Shown here: positions 1 through 10,636 of the stretch, one piece after another
How positions within the stretch are numbered: position 1 is the first letter of the stretch
Layout of the letters: each line of letters begins with the position of its first letter
NCBI GenBank assembly: GCA_947650005.1
Contig: CANSTU010000009.1
Span: 4,743 to 68,742, forward strand
Direction of reading: 5' to 3'
Length of the DNA stretch: 64,000 nt
Source of the DNA: an uncultured Lachnospiraceae bacterium
GTDB taxonomy: Bacteria > Bacillota > Clostridia > Lachnospirales > Lachnospiraceae
The notes under the pieces: model-generated
What the model saw: only the letters and a program-made list of their open reading frames with translations
Told to the model about the DNA's origin: nothing
Databases searched by the model: none
Program-made: the position numbers and the translations under genes

Positions 1-793
1 GATACTTCCCTTCCTCCGGGAAAAATTCAATGGTGCCCGCAAGTCCTCTTCCTTCCTGGATGGCCCCTTCCAGCCCACTATAGGATAACTCGATATCGAA
101 CAGGTTCGCTTCCCTTCCCAGTTTCGCCGGCGAATGGGCATCGGAATTGGAAATCAGCTGATAGGAATCCAGAGCCCCCACCCGCCAGATCATGGGCGGA
201 TCGGAAGAAAGGCCTGTTTCCAATGCATGGATATGGGGCGTTAAATCTTCGTAGCAATCCTCTATGGCGTCAAATCCGGAAAAAGCGCCGAATAGGGAAA
301 AATGGGGCGTCCAGATGTGCGCAGGCACATAGATAGCATCCGGGCTGGTCTCCAACATAATCTCCAACAGATCCCTGCAGGGGAGCCCCAGGATTGGCCG
401 GCCGTCAGAATGGATATTCCCAATCAGCTCCAGCCGCCTGGCCAGCGCTTCCGCCGCTTCCAGTCCCGGCAGGATCAAAAGGCTGTGTACTTTTCTTACC
501 CGTTCTCCCTTTTTATAGATAGAACTGATCTCCCCAGTCACTACAAAACGGGGCCTAGCATCAGGTACGCCTGCCTCACTGATCCGGTGCTCCCTTTTGA
601 GAACATACAGGCCCTCTTCTGCCGGCTCCAGCTTTTCTGTCAGTTCCTCTCTCCACGCCGGATGGGTGAAGTCACCCGTACCGATGATGTCGATTCCCTT
701 TTTCCTCGCCCATAATTCCAGATGTTCCGGCGTACAGTCCTTGCTGGTCGCCCTGGAATACCTGGAATGGATATGTAGATCCCCTATATACAT
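1..793 (-). CDS. Endonuclease Q-like PHP-domain protein (N-terminal part; gene continues beyond the left edge)
   Basis: Not in the ORF track because there is no stop codon in the window. Hand translation from the ATG (complement of 791-793) gives MYIGDLHIHSRYSRATSKDCTPEHLELWARKKGIDIIGTGDFTHPAW...PAHIWTPHFSLFGAFSGFD...SNSDAHSPAKLGREAN, open to position 1. The DLHIHS and SNSDAH histidine clusters fit a PHP-type metal site. The N-terminus resembles EndoQ/TIGR00375-type proteins as I recall them. Confidence 0.7.
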   Translation of the reverse strand, partial: MYIGDLHIHSRYSRATSKDCTPEHLELWARKKGIDIIGTGDFTHPAWREELTEKLEPAEEGLYVLKREHRISEAGVPDARPRFVVTGEISSIYKKGERVRKVHSLLILPGLEAAEALARRLELIGNIHSDGRPILGLPCRDLLEIMLETSPDAIYVPAHIWTPHFSLFGAFSGFDAIEDCYEDLTPHIHALETGLSSDPPMIWRVGALDSYQLISNSDAHSPAKLGREANLFDIELSYSGLEGAIQEGRGLAGTIEFFPEEGKY

Positions 794-1029
794 GTTTCCT
801 CTCAATCTGCCGTCAACCAACGGCACGCATCCTAACTGCTGACAACGCTCCCCACTCGGCAGGCGTACGATACGGCCAGCTTAAAATCACGCCAGCTCTC
901 CTCCAGAGCCCCTCCTACGCTACAGACGCAAGCGGCAGGCTACCGGTCCGAACGCCGCAGTGGCCAATGGGAACGGCCGAAACATTCCTGCCTCTCTAAA
1001 ATAAATACGATCCTTCCTATAAAAGAGCT

Positions 1030-2136
1030 TTATCCTTCTTCAACCATTTCTCCAGCAGCCGTTTTACTATCCTCAGCCTTCTTCGTGCTTTCCCAGATTT
1101 CCGTCAGTACCACCAGAGCCAAAGGGCCTTTCAGGATACCGGACAGGCCAAACAGCTTTACGCCCGCATAGACGGACAGCAACATGAAGATAGGATAAAT
1201 TCCCGTCCGTTTTCCCATCAGCTTTGGTTCCAGGAATTCCCGCACACCCACACAGCCCACATATAACACCACACACCATGCAGAAGCTATAAACCGGCCA
1301 TTCACCATCTGCCACAGGGCCGTGGGCATCAGCACGATGCCCGTCCCAATAAAAGGAAGGGCGTCCAGAATTCCTGCCAGGATCCCTAAAGTCAGAGCAT
1401 GTCCCACCTTTCCTACCCACAAGCCGATACAACAGATCAACATGATCACGGCCAGGATCAATGCCTGAGCCTTTAGGTATACTGCCACCAGCCGAATGAT
1501 CCGTTCCAGGATACCGAATAGATTTCGAAGCAGTTCTTCGCCCTCTCCGCCGTCCTGCAGCCGTTTTACCATCACCTCATAGTCGCGGCATAAAAGCAAA
1601 GAAGCAATAAAACCAACTCCCAAAAACGCAATGGCGGACAGCAGTTTTTTCACATACCACCAAGACTCCTTCATCAGTTTCGGAACGAATTCCACTCGCA
1701 TCTCTTCTACGAAAACGTCCACTCGTTCCAGAATGATCTGTTCCACCCTCCCCGCGTCCACTCCAAAATGGTCTTCCACATATATGCAGCAGTCTCCCAG
1801 GAAGATACGGATTTGTCCGCCCACCTGGGCGCAGATCCCGTCCCAGTTTTCCGACAGTTCTCCTGCCTGAACCGTCCCAAACTGCAGGGCTGCCCAAAAC
1901 GCGGCCAGTACGATAGCCGCCCCGAACACCAGAATTCCTGCCAAAATAATTTCTTTTCGTACATGAATCCGCCTCTCCACCTTATTTAACCAGGGCGTAA
2001 GCAGATACACAATACAAAAAGCAACTAAAAACGGCGTTACCAGCGGCATCAGGTAACGGAAAGCGGCATACACTCCCACTCCCGCAGCCAAGATCCCTAT
2101 GATTTTCTTCTGATACTCTTTCCAGGAAATTCCCAT
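1030..2136 (-). CDS. AI-2E (PerM/UPF0118) family membrane protein, sporulation YtvI-like
   Basis: 368-aa ORF with multiple hydrophobic helices. Segments such as LMPLVTPFLVAFCIVYLLTPWLNKVE and GILDALPFIGTGIVLMPTALW fit the AI-2E transporter pattern. Confidence 0.65.
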   Translation of the reverse strand: MGISWKEYQKKIIGILAAGVGVYAAFRYLMPLVTPFLVAFCIVYLLTPWLNKVERRIHVRKEIILAGILVFGAAIVLAAFWAALQFGTVQAGELSENWDGICAQVGGQIRIFLGDCCIYVEDHFGVDAGRVEQIILERVDVFVEEMRVEFVPKLMKESWWYVKKLLSAIAFLGVGFIASLLLCRDYEVMVKRLQDGGEGEELLRNLFGILERIIRLVAVYLKAQALILAVIMLICCIGLWVGKVGHALTLGILAGILDALPFIGTGIVLMPTALWQMVNGRFIASAWCVVLYVGCVGVREFLEPKLMGKRTGIYPIFMLLSVYAGVKLFGLSGILKGPLALVVLTEIWESTKKAEDSKTAAGEMVEEG

Positions 2137-2314
2137 ATCGCCCCATCACCTTTCATTTTTGACGGTACAGCACGCTAGCGGCGCATCCAGCTTGGCGCAA
2201 AATCACTGATTTCACGATCTTAAATTGCTTGCCCGCTCAATCGTACAGATGGGAATTAGTATGAGATTTCCTCTAAAAACTATGCTGGAACAAAGTGTCA
2301 GGCCTCCACGCCTT

Positions 2315-4093
2315 TCATGCTTTTGTCGTAGCCGTCTTTCTCACAAGTCCCTCGGCCAGCCCTAAAATTGCAAAAAGGAAGGGCGTACAGCATACCTGCT
2401 GATAGCAGAAAAAATTGTGTGCTGAATAAGCGCAGACCGCAAACAGTCCCATCAGGGCAAAAGGTCTGTTCTCCCCTTGCCGATAAAAGCGTAGCGCAGC
2501 CACAGCCAGCACCGCCAGCCAGGCCAAAAGCCCTGCTGCCCCCACGCAGATCAGCAAATTCAAAAATTCATTGTGTGCATTCGTAAGAATATCCGGCTTC
2601 CAATAATCGTTTAGCTTTTGTGCGTGCGCTGGAATGCTGTAACTATAAGCCATAAAGCAGTCCGGGCCCGCTCCGAACACTTTTTTTGCAGGTGGCATCT
2701 GGGAAAAAATTTTCCAAGCAGTTTTCCAGGTAAAGCCCCTGTCGCTTCCCCATTTGTCATTGAACAAAAGATACTGATTTTGGCTTGTTATGCCAAACCA
2801 GCGCTCCAAAAGCCCCGCAGTATTCAGGACGATCACTCCCACTGCCAGCGCCAGCCCTCCTGCTGTGGCCGCGAGAGCCCCCTTTTGCAGTTTTCTCCCC
2901 GTCTTTTTCCAGGCCGCCTCCCCCGCAGCGCCATCGCGTTTCAGGATGAGCAAATAAGCACCGGAAGCGGCCAAAAGGAGGAGCCAGCTGATGATTCCCC
3001 TAGAAAACGTTGTGGACAGCCTACCCAATTCCATAGCCCGTTCCGCAAATCCCCACTGCAGCAACCCAATTGCCTTAAAGGAAGCGGCACAGAGAATCAC
3101 ACATTCCAAAAAGCGATCCATTCCCTGCCTCCTGCGGCAGGAAGCCACAAACATTCCCAGAAACAACAGGGCCAACGCGGCAAAAGCGCTATCGCTGTTC
3201 TGCGTAACCAAGGTCATGAACCCCAATACACAGTACACCCCTGACCACACCCGTACTTTCCTCTCCTGGGAGATGTAGAACAAGCACAGGCCGATCGGAA
3301 GCACTGTGCATACATAGCTGGAATACCAGGTCGCCTGCCCGATCGTGGAAAGGAAACGGATCTGGTAAGAACTGTCAATTCCCAGATACATTCCCAGCGG
3401 ATCAATCCCGAACCGATGCAGGATCCCCAAAAGGAAGGTAAGGCCGGATCCAACCAGCGCTCCTCCGATTACGACCGCCCCACCAAAGGAAACTCCTTTT
3501 GAGTCGGGCTCAGGCTGCATGGAAACGGGCCGCCGGCGTGCTGCGCGCCGGTGGCAGTCGGATTTCCGGTTTTTTCCCGAAGCTCCTTTTTTCCGCCACG
3601 GAAAGAAACGGGAAATCAGATAATATGCGCCGCTCATCAGAAGCTGCGTATGCAGGCCCATGTTCCATCCGTCCACCCCGGCCCAGGCATCTTCCTTATA
3701 ATCACTTTGCAGATAGGAAATCAAACAGGCAACCGTATACAAGATCACACAGACGTCCAGAGACGATATCCCTTGAAACCGTGGAAAACCGGCCCGGCGT
3801 CCACCCAATTCACGCCTCCAGCTTCTGCTTTCCCTCCCGGTTCCTGCCAATGACCCGATCCGCCAAAAAAGGGCCAGCGCAAGGCCCGGTATCAAGAACA
3901 GAGTCGAAACGCCGGAAAAAAACGAAAATTTATATCCTCCGATATCATGATATCCGTCTATCACATACAGGGGAAATATCGTCAGCATCAGGAATGTCCA
4001 GCAGACGGTGAGAAATTCCACACAGTCATACACATTTCCCAAAAGCCAGCCCCATCCCGCCTGCCCGTCCCATTTCCTCATATCTTCCATGGA
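2315..4093 (-). CDS. O-antigen ligase (Wzy_C)-like polytopic membrane protein
   Basis: The track ORF is 2315..4261. I start it at MEDMRKW (ATG 4093) because the upstream part overlaps the rluA-like gene out of frame. It has more than 10 hydrophobic segments, and NAHNEFLNLLICVGAAGLLAWL is typical of Wzy_C-type proteins. Confidence 0.6.
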   Translation of the reverse strand, partial: SMEDMRKWDGQAGWGWLLGNVYDCVEFLTVCWTFLMLTIFPLYVIDGYHDIGGYKFSFFSGVSTLFLIPGLALALFWRIGSLAGTGRESRSWRRELGGRRAGFPRFQGISSLDVCVILYTVACLISYLQSDYKEDAWAGVDGWNMGLHTQLLMSGAYYLISRFFPWRKKGASGKNRKSDCHRRAARRRPVSMQPEPDSKGVSFGGAVVIGGALVGSGLTFLLGILHRFGIDPLGMYLGIDSSYQIRFLSTIGQATWYSSYVCTVLPIGLCLFYISQERKVRVWSGVYCVLGFMTLVTQNSDSAFAALALLFLGMFVASCRRRQGMDRFLECVILCAASFKAIGLLQWGFAERAMELGRLSTTFSRGIISWLLLLAASGAYLLILKRDGAAGEAAWKKTGRKLQKGALAATAGGLALAVGVIVLNTAGLLERWFGITSQNQYLLFNDKWGSDRGFTWKTAWKIFSQMPPAKKVFGAGPDCFMAYSYSIPAHAQKLNDYWKPDILTNAHNEFLNLLICVGAAGLLAWLAVLAVAALRFYRQGENRPFALMGLFAVCAYSAHNFFCYQQVCCTPFLFAILGLAEGLVRKTATTKA

Positions 4094-4860
4094 AGCTCCT
4101 CCACCCTGTACTCCAGCCGTTTTCTCGTAATCGGATGGGAAAAACACAGACCGCTGGCGCACAGGCAGACGGAAGGAAATCCCAGGCGGGCAGCGTATTT
4201 TCTGCCCGACGGACTGCCATACCGGGCATCCCCCAGAAGCGGAAAACCGGCTGCAGCGCACTGTACCCGGATCTGGTGATGCCGCCCGGTTATCAGACGA
4301 ATCTTAGCCAGCGCATATCCCTGGCTGCTGTGTTTTAGGATCTCCAGCTCCAGCTTCGCCCACTTTGCACCTTTTTCATCCTTTGATGCCACCCGGGAAC
4401 GATTCTGCCTGCCGTCTCTGATCAAATAATTCTCCAGCTCCAGCTTCGTCCCCTCCTCCGGCAGACTTCTCCCGCTTTCCGGATAGAGAAGCGCGCTGTA
4501 CTCCTTTTCCATGGAAGGAGGCATGTCCCTGCCGTGCTTCCCTTCGGCCGTACCCATGCGTTCGCATCCATAATTCGTTTGGGCTGCGCCTTCGGGCATT
4601 TCCCCATCCGCTCTCAGGGCGGCCTGGCGGCTCAGTATGGCCGCAGCCTGCGGCGTCTTTCCGAAGACCATCAGGCCGGATACCGGCTGATCCAGCCGGT
4701 GAATCAGGCCTAAATAGGGCTTATTGTTTCCGGCGGACAGATAATTCTTCAATTCGCTTACCACGTCCGCCTCTCCGATCCGGCCGCTCTGTACCGCCAG
4801 TCCCGCCGGTTTCAGGCAGACCAGGATGGAATCATCCTCATCAATGATTTTACATCTCAT
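4078..4860 (-). CDS. RluA-family pseudouridine synthase (no S4 domain)
   Basis: Catalytic-Asp motif LGLIHRLDQPVSGL and the downstream TGRHHQIRVQ motif are present. A hydrophilic insertion of about 70 aa lies between the conserved blocks. Confidence 0.85.
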   Translation of the reverse strand: MRCKIIDEDDSILVCLKPAGLAVQSGRIGEADVVSELKNYLSAGNNKPYLGLIHRLDQPVSGLMVFGKTPQAAAILSRQAALRADGEMPEGAAQTNYGCERMGTAEGKHGRDMPPSMEKEYSALLYPESGRSLPEEGTKLELENYLIRDGRQNRSRVASKDEKGAKWAKLELEILKHSSQGYALAKIRLITGRHHQIRVQCAAAGFPLLGDARYGSPSGRKYAARLGFPSVCLCASGLCFSHPITRKRLEYRVEELPWKI

Positions 4861-4968
4861 GTCAATACCTTTTCATTCCGCGTTTTCAGCGCTGCGGCCT
4901 GCGGGGGATATCCCCCCTGCAGGCCGCAGCGCCCTTCCGCTTCCTTTTATTCATATGGATGTGGAAAA

Positions 4969-6540
4969 TCAATGCAGGAAAAATCCCTCATCTTCTTCTC
5001 CCTCAGCAGCCGGCAGGAATGGCAGTTTGGGATCCGTTTCCTTCAGCGTTTCCATCAGGGCTGCATCATGGTTTACGCGCACCTCACATTCCCGATCGAA
5101 AATCATGGTATATTCCTTCCCCGGCTCACAGGCGGGCCACTTGGGCAGGCAGACTGCGGAAGGGCTTCCCCAACGGGCAAAACTCACCCACGCGCTGCAA
5201 ATTTGCTCCTCCATCCGGTCTGACACGCCGGGAATGTTGTATAAGGCAGTCCGATCGGTATTGTGGAATATAAACGGGATCTCCGAGCAGTGCCAGGCGG
5301 CCTTCCCGTCTTCCAGCGGGAAATCCAGATTGAATAAATAACTATAGGTGGGAGCCTGCCGCTCCTGCACACTCTTTTCAATAAAATCCCTGCTGGCAAT
5401 CCGGAAGAAGGGATCCACGGAAAGAAGATCGATCAGAGGCCTGGCAGGATAGGCTTCCCGGAATTGGGAAACCAGTTTGGACGTATGGCCCTTATACTTT
5501 TTCTCGAGCATTTCCAGGACAATTTCCTCCGAAAGCTCCTTCCTTCCAGGAATCGCCGGGGTGAAATCAAACTCCCCAAACACACTCCCAATCATTACCG
5601 GAATGGTTTTCGCATGCTCCGTGAAACCCACCTTTCGCGGATCACCCACATACCAGTCATTTGCCGTCGGAATACAGCCAATATAGTGTCCTGCCTTCTC
5701 CACCTCTGGCGACACCTTATTGTACGCCTCCGCAAGGACGGCATAAGGGATGGTCTCCAGCTTCCCAACTTCGCTTTCGTCCAATCCCAGTTCCTCCAGA
5801 AGCGCCTTCCCGATCGCTTTTCCATCCGTGGGACCGCTTAGGAAACCGTCCAGCACGCCGCTCTGGATGACTCCCTTATGGAAAAGCCCGTCCGCCTCCG
5901 GCGTATTCATCAGCGTGAATACCTTCATTCCGCCGCCGGACTGCCCGAACAGGGTCACATTGTCCGGATCACCGCCAAAAGCCGCGATATTGTCATGGAT
6001 CCATTTCAGCGCCATCACCATATCCGCATTTCCGACATTGGCTGAGTTAGCGTATTTATCGCTGAAGGAGGATAAATCCAGATATCCCAGAATATTCAGC
6101 CTGTGGTTCAGGGTCACCACCACCACATCCCCGTAACTGCTGAGCTGATCCCCTTCATAGGCCACATGTTCGATAGAAGAGCCAGACGAAAACCCGCCGC
6201 CATGCAGCCATACCATAACCGGTTTTCTGGCCTCCGGGCACAGACTTGGCGTCCAAATATTCAGATATTGACAGTTCTCATCCATGGGCCAGTAACGATG
6301 GGGCACCATAATCTCCATATTGGGTACGTCCTGGTTCAGCATCGGACAGACATAGCCATAGGCCAACGCATCCCTGATTCCCTCATAGGGCTCTACCTGC
6401 GTGGGCATCTGAAATCGCTTTGCATTCGCGTATTTGATGCCGTGAAAGGCGTAGATACCATCCAGCTGATATCCCCTCAATTTTCCTTGTTTCGTCTCCG
6501 CCACAGTGTGGGCGCTTGAGCATGCGAATTGTCTTGCCAT
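4969..6540 (-). CDS. Carboxylesterase type B (para-nitrobenzyl esterase-like)
   Basis: 523 aa with ENCQYLNIWTP, the oxyanion region VMVWLHGGGFSSGS and the nucleophile elbow LFGQSGGG. Confidence 0.85.
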   Translation of the reverse strand: MARQFACSSAHTVAETKQGKLRGYQLDGIYAFHGIKYANAKRFQMPTQVEPYEGIRDALAYGYVCPMLNQDVPNMEIMVPHRYWPMDENCQYLNIWTPSLCPEARKPVMVWLHGGGFSSGSSIEHVAYEGDQLSSYGDVVVVTLNHRLNILGYLDLSSFSDKYANSANVGNADMVMALKWIHDNIAAFGGDPDNVTLFGQSGGGMKVFTLMNTPEADGLFHKGVIQSGVLDGFLSGPTDGKAIGKALLEELGLDESEVGKLETIPYAVLAEAYNKVSPEVEKAGHYIGCIPTANDWYVGDPRKVGFTEHAKTIPVMIGSVFGEFDFTPAIPGRKELSEEIVLEMLEKKYKGHTSKLVSQFREAYPARPLIDLLSVDPFFRIASRDFIEKSVQERQAPTYSYLFNLDFPLEDGKAAWHCSEIPFIFHNTDRTALYNIPGVSDRMEEQICSAWVSFARWGSPSAVCLPKWPACEPGKEYTMIFDRECEVRVNHDAALMETLKETDPKLPFLPAAEGEEDEGFFLH

Positions 6541-6570
6541 ACAATGATTTCCCCCTATTCTTTCATTAAG

Positions 6571-7260
6571 TTATACTTTGAACCGATACCCTACCCCCCA
6601 AATGGTCTCAATATACTGAGGGTTGGCCGTATCCTTCTCAATTTTTTCCCGAATCTTTTTAATATGCACCGTAACAGTGGCGATATCCCCGATAGAATCC
6701 ATATCCCAGATTTCCCGGAATAACTCCTCCTTGGTGAACACATGGTTCGGATTTTCCGCCAGGAACGTAAGTAAGTCGAATTCCTTTGTGGTAAAGGCCC
6801 GCTCCTCTCCATCTATATAAACCCGGCGCGCTGTTTTGTCAATACGGATACCGCGTATCTCCACAATATCGTTGGACTTTTGCTGCGATGTGACGAGACG
6901 GGTATACCGGGCCAGATGCGCCTTCACCCTGGCCACCAGTTCGCTCGGGCTAAAGGGCTTCGTCATATAATCGTCCGCTCCCAGCCCCAGCCCCCGTATC
7001 TTATCTATATCATCCTTCTTGGCCGAAACCATGAGGATCGGGATATTTTTCTCATCTCTGATGCGGCGGCAGATCTCAAATCCGTCCATCCCAGGCAGCA
7101 TCAGGTCAAGGATAACCAGATCGTATTCCGCGCTGAGGGCCCGTAGCAAACCCTTGTCCCCCGCGTTTTCTATTTCCACTGAAAACCCGGATAGTTCCAG
7201 ATAATCCTTTTCAAGATCAGCAATCGCTTCCTCATCCTCAATAATCAAAATTTTGCTCAT
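6571..7260 (-). CDS. OmpR-family response regulator
   Basis: I start it at MSKILIIEDEE (ATG 7260). Receiver motif DLVILDLMLPGMDG, and a C-terminal winged helix ending TIWGVGYRFKV. Confidence 0.9.
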   Translation of the reverse strand: MSKILIIEDEEAIADLEKDYLELSGFSVEIENAGDKGLLRALSAEYDLVILDLMLPGMDGFEICRRIRDEKNIPILMVSAKKDDIDKIRGLGLGADDYMTKPFSPSELVARVKAHLARYTRLVTSQQKSNDIVEIRGIRIDKTARRVYIDGEERAFTTKEFDLLTFLAENPNHVFTKEELFREIWDMDSIGDIATVTVHIKKIREKIEKDTANPQYIETIWGVGYRFKV

Positions 7261-7423
7261 TTTCACAACCTCCATTCCTCCGCCGACAGGCGGCACTCAA
7301 ATCAAGGGAATTCTATTTTGCGCCCATTGCAGCATATTCAACTTTGGTTTCCTTCGCACTTACCCTTGTACATTGCAGGCAAAACCCGTGATACCGTTGT
7401 CAATTAAGAATGTAGAAAAAGTA

Positions 7424-8902
7424 TTAAATCTCTGCCTCCCGATACTTTCTTATTACAAAGTGGAGGCAAGTTCCCTCCCCCTCCTTGCTGGTTGCCCAGA
7501 TATAACCGCCATGATCCTCTATAATTTTCTTCACGATGGAAAGCCCGATCCCGCTGCCTCCCATAGCTGAATTCCTGGATGCGTCCGTGCGGTAGAAGCG
7601 TTCAAAGATATTTCCCAGATCCTTAGCCGCAATACCCTTTCCATTATCCTCTATCTCAATCCGCACCGCATCTACCTCGTCTAAGATCCGGATATCTATG
7701 ATACCTTTGGGTTTATCGATATATTTAATACTGTTGCCGATGATATTATCAATCACCTTCTTCAATTGTTCCGGATCCGCGATGATCCTGGTGGCGGGAT
7801 CCACCAGATTGGAATAGTTTAGTTCTATATTTTTGGATTCCAGATCAAGCCCCACATCTTCCACACAGTCCTGAAAAAATTCCGCCAGATTCATTCTGTG
7901 GAAATTGTAGGGAATCCGGTTGCTATCGATTCCGGAATAATAGGTAAGTTCATTGATTAGACGGTTCATGTCGTTGGCCTTCGTATAAATGGTCTTAATA
8001 TAGCGGTCCATCTTTTCCGGCGTGTCGGCCACCCCGTCCATAATCCCTTCCACATATCCTTTGATTGCTGTGATGGGCGTCTTCAGATCGTGGGATATAT
8101 TGCTAATCAGCTCCCTGTTCTGGCGTTCATTGCTCTGCTTTTCCTCCGTGGATTCCTTGAGCCGCAGACGCATATCCTCATAATTGCGGTATAGCTCCCC
8201 GATCTCGTTCGTATCTGCGGATGCTAGGATATACTCGAAATTCCCTTCCGCAATGTTCTGCATCGCCACGTTCAGACGGTTGATGGGAGCGAACACCCCT
8301 TTATAAATCCATTGCGTCAGAATAATGCTCGTCACCATCAGAACCACGATGATGGAAATAAACATATAAATGAGCAGGCTCTTGGATATGACGCTGTTCA
8401 CCCTGGTAATGATGAACAGGCTCCCGTTCTCTCCATCCGAGAACTGAAAGTCCATCTGTTTCACCAACTTCTGCATATCATTATAATAGAAGCCCGTATT
8501 GGCATCTCTGTTGGTCATCCCATAATCGGGAAGGCGTCCAAATATCTTCTGTGTTGCTGTTTCATTTCCACTGTAGTAGATCCTTTCTCCTTTCCGGACG
8601 AGGATATAAGAAGAAAGTCTGGAAGCATCCTCATTAATCCGGGACAAATATTCTTCATCCTCCAGCATGGCAGGCCTGTCCAATGCCGTTTCCTCCAATG
8701 CCCGGTACAATTCTTCCGTCATTTCACTGAAAGAAGCCAAAGAATCCGATATTGTCCGATAGTCCGAGGTTTCGATTCCGTATCTTAAATCGGAATTGTG
8801 CACAATCGTCACTCCGATTCCCACAAAAGCGATTCCAGACAGGATCAACGGAAGGACGAGTATCGTCAGAAAAGTGATGATCAGTTTTGTCTTAAACTTC
8901 AT
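7424..8902 (-). CDS. Sensor histidine kinase (TM-sensor-TM, HAMP, HisKA, HATPase_c)
   Basis: N-terminal TM segment (LIITFLTILVLPLILSGIAFVGIGV) and a second TM (LLIYMFISIIVVLMVTSIILT). H-box SNISHDLKTPIT; G boxes EDNGKGI and GGSGIGLSIV. Confidence 0.9.
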   Translation of the reverse strand: MKFKTKLIITFLTILVLPLILSGIAFVGIGVTIVHNSDLRYGIETSDYRTISDSLASFSEMTEELYRALEETALDRPAMLEDEEYLSRINEDASRLSSYILVRKGERIYYSGNETATQKIFGRLPDYGMTNRDANTGFYYNDMQKLVKQMDFQFSDGENGSLFIITRVNSVISKSLLIYMFISIIVVLMVTSIILTQWIYKGVFAPINRLNVAMQNIAEGNFEYILASADTNEIGELYRNYEDMRLRLKESTEEKQSNERQNRELISNISHDLKTPITAIKGYVEGIMDGVADTPEKMDRYIKTIYTKANDMNRLINELTYYSGIDSNRIPYNFHRMNLAEFFQDCVEDVGLDLESKNIELNYSNLVDPATRIIADPEQLKKVIDNIIGNSIKYIDKPKGIIDIRILDEVDAVRIEIEDNGKGIAAKDLGNIFERFYRTDASRNSAMGGSGIGLSIVKKIIEDHGGYIWATSKEGEGTCLHFVIRKYREAEI

Positions 8903-9054
8903 TTTCCCTCAAATTCCGCGCATATGCACCGCGCTGCTACCATCTTTAGGGCAGGATGCCATTCCCTACCTTTTCATCTGTGACTATTTTAACACAAAAT
9001 GCCCTGTGGGATATAAAATTCAAGCAATTATTTTCTAAAAAAACCATAAACAGG

Positions 9055-9101
9055 TTGACAAGTCTTATTCATCGCATTATAATAACAGTAATGATTATTA
9101 T
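9055..9101 (+). promoter_or_regulatory. Sigma-A-type promoter (TTGACA-17 nt-TATAAT) overlapping an AT-rich Fur-family-box-like repeat, upstream of the PerR-like/rubrerythrin genes
   Basis: TTGACA at 9055-9060, a 17-nt spacer, and TATAAT at 9078-9083. ATAATAA...TTATTAT and TAATgATTA inverted elements lie at 9079-9101, about 20 nt before the RBS of the Fur-family gene. Confidence 0.5.
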
Positions 9102-9121
9102 TTTATGGAAGGAAAGCGGAA

Positions 9122-9520
9122 ATGACGCTGAAGTACAGCCGCCAAAGGGAAGCTATTAAACAATTCCTGATGACCAGACGCGACCATCCGACAGCGGATA
9201 TGGTATATAGCAATGTACGAAATGAGTTTCCCAATATCAGCCTGGGTACCGTTTACCGCAATCTCACACTGCTCGTCGGACTGGGAGAAATTTCCAGACT
9301 ACATTTGGGCGATGGCGTGGATCATTTTGACTATAATACCCATCCGCACACTCATTTTGTCTGTACCGGATGCGGCGGTGTATCCGATCTTGAGACAGAA
9401 GAAGCGTCTCTGATCAATGAAAATGCCGTCAAACATTTTGATGGACAAATAGAAGGACATTTCACTTATTTTTATGGGTTATGCCCTCATTGCGCCAATG
9501 TCTGTTCTGAATCCAGATGA
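9122..9520 (+). CDS. Fur-family transcriptional regulator (PerR-like by context)
   Basis: 132 aa. DNA-binding region [29 protein letters not shown]. Two Cys pairs: CTGCGG and CPHC. It lies next to a rubrerythrin gene. Confidence 0.85.
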   Translation: MTLKYSRQREAIKQFLMTRRDHPTADMVYSNVRNEFPNISLGTVYRNLTLLVGLGEISRLHLGDGVDHFDYNTHPHTHFVCTGCGGVSDLETEEASLINENAVKHFDGQIEGHFTYFYGLCPHCANVCSESR

Positions 9521-9582
9521 ATCGGCGGACGGTTTCCGCCTCATTCATAGATCATTATTTTAAAGAAAAGGAGATCAAAGCT

Positions 9583-10122
9583 ATGAAATTCGTATGTCAG
9601 GTATGTGGCTATGTGCATGAAGGAGATGCGGCGCCGGAGAAGTGCCCGCAGTGCGGCGCTCCCGCTGAGAAATTTACGGCTCAGAGCGGAAAAATGGAAT
9701 GGGCCGCTGAACACGTGGTGGGCGTTGCCCAGGGCGTAAGCGAAGACATCATCGCTGACCTGCGCGCCAACTTCAACGGTGAATGCACCGAAGTAGGTAT
9801 GTATCTTGCTATGGCCAGAGTTGCCCACAGGGAAGGCTATCCGGAAATCGGCCTTTACTGGGAGAAAGCTGCTTATGAAGAGGCTGAGCATGCTGCCAAG
9901 TTTGCCGAGCTGCTGGGCGAAGTAATTACCGATTCCACCAAGAAGAATCTGGAAATGAGAGTGGAAGCCGAGAACGGCGCAACCGCAGGCAAATTTGATC
10001 TGGCGAAGCGCGCGAAGGCTGCCAACCTGGATGCGATCCATGACACCGTTCATGAGATGGCCAGAGACGAGGCTAGACATGGAAAAGCTTTCCAGGGTTT
10101 GCTTGAAAGGTATTTTGGTTAA
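9583..10122 (+). CDS. rbr: Rubrerythrin with N-terminal rubredoxin-like domain (reverse rubrerythrin)
   Basis: I start it at [10 protein letters not shown] (ATG 9583). It has CQVCG...CPQCG followed by a ferritin-like domain with EEAEHAAKF and DEARHGKAF (ExxH) motifs. Confidence 0.9.
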   Translation: MKFVCQVCGYVHEGDAAPEKCPQCGAPAEKFTAQSGKMEWAAEHVVGVAQGVSEDIIADLRANFNGECTEVGMYLAMARVAHREGYPEIGLYWEKAAYEEAEHAAKFAELLGEVITDSTKKNLEMRVEAENGATAGKFDLAKRAKAANLDAIHDTVHEMARDEARHGKAFQGLLERYFG

Positions 10123-10154
10123 TCAGCCTGCCTATCTTTAAAAAACTTTGAGGG

Positions 10155-10192
10155 AAAGGGGAATAAACCCAAAATGGTTTATTCCCCTTTTG
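10155..10192 (+). terminator. Rho-independent terminator after the rubrerythrin gene
   Basis: AAGGGGAATAAACC-caaaat-GGTTTATTCCCCTT followed by a T run. Confidence 0.75.
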
Positions 10193-10264
10193 ATGTTCTT
10201 CCATGCATTGTTATGGACACAAAACACCTTTTGATCCGAGCCCGTCCGGAAGGGAGGAATTATT

Positions 10265-10636
10265 TTGAACAACGATAAAATTTTTCAAATGGATTTTTCA
10301 AAAATCTATCAGCTTCTGTTAAATAAGGTCCAGAAAAAGGGCCGTACTAAGGAAGAAGCGGATGAAGTGATCCGCTGGCTCACAGGATACAGCCAGGCGC
10401 AAATCGATGAAATGGCCGAAAAGCCTCTCAGCTATGCCGCCTTCTTCCAAAATGCTCCCGAGCTGAACGAGAACAGAAAACTGATTAAAGGCGTTGTCTG
10501 CGGCGTAAGGGTGGAGGAGGTCCAGGATCCTCTCATGAGGGAAATACGCTACCTCGACAAACTCATAGATGAACTTGCGAAGGGTAAATCCATGGACAAG
10601 ATCCTGCGTGCCGAAACTACCAAGAAGAACGCCTGA
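10265..10636 (+). CDS. DUF2200-like protein
   Basis: TTG start at 10265, 7 nt after GGAGG (10253-10257). 123 aa. [19 protein letters not shown] is the signature I associate with DUF2200. Confidence 0.65.
   Translation: MNNDKIFQMDFSKIYQLLLNKVQKKGRTKEEADEVIRWLTGYSQAQIDEMAEKPLSYAAFFQNAPELNENRKLIKGVVCGVRVEEVQDPLMREIRYLDKLIDELAKGKSMDKILRAETTKKNA

Noticed and set aside
302-842. Two plus-strand ORFs at the left edge (137 and 81 aa).
   Set aside because: They are antisense to the EndoQ-like gene, whose hand translation is clean and open to the window edge.
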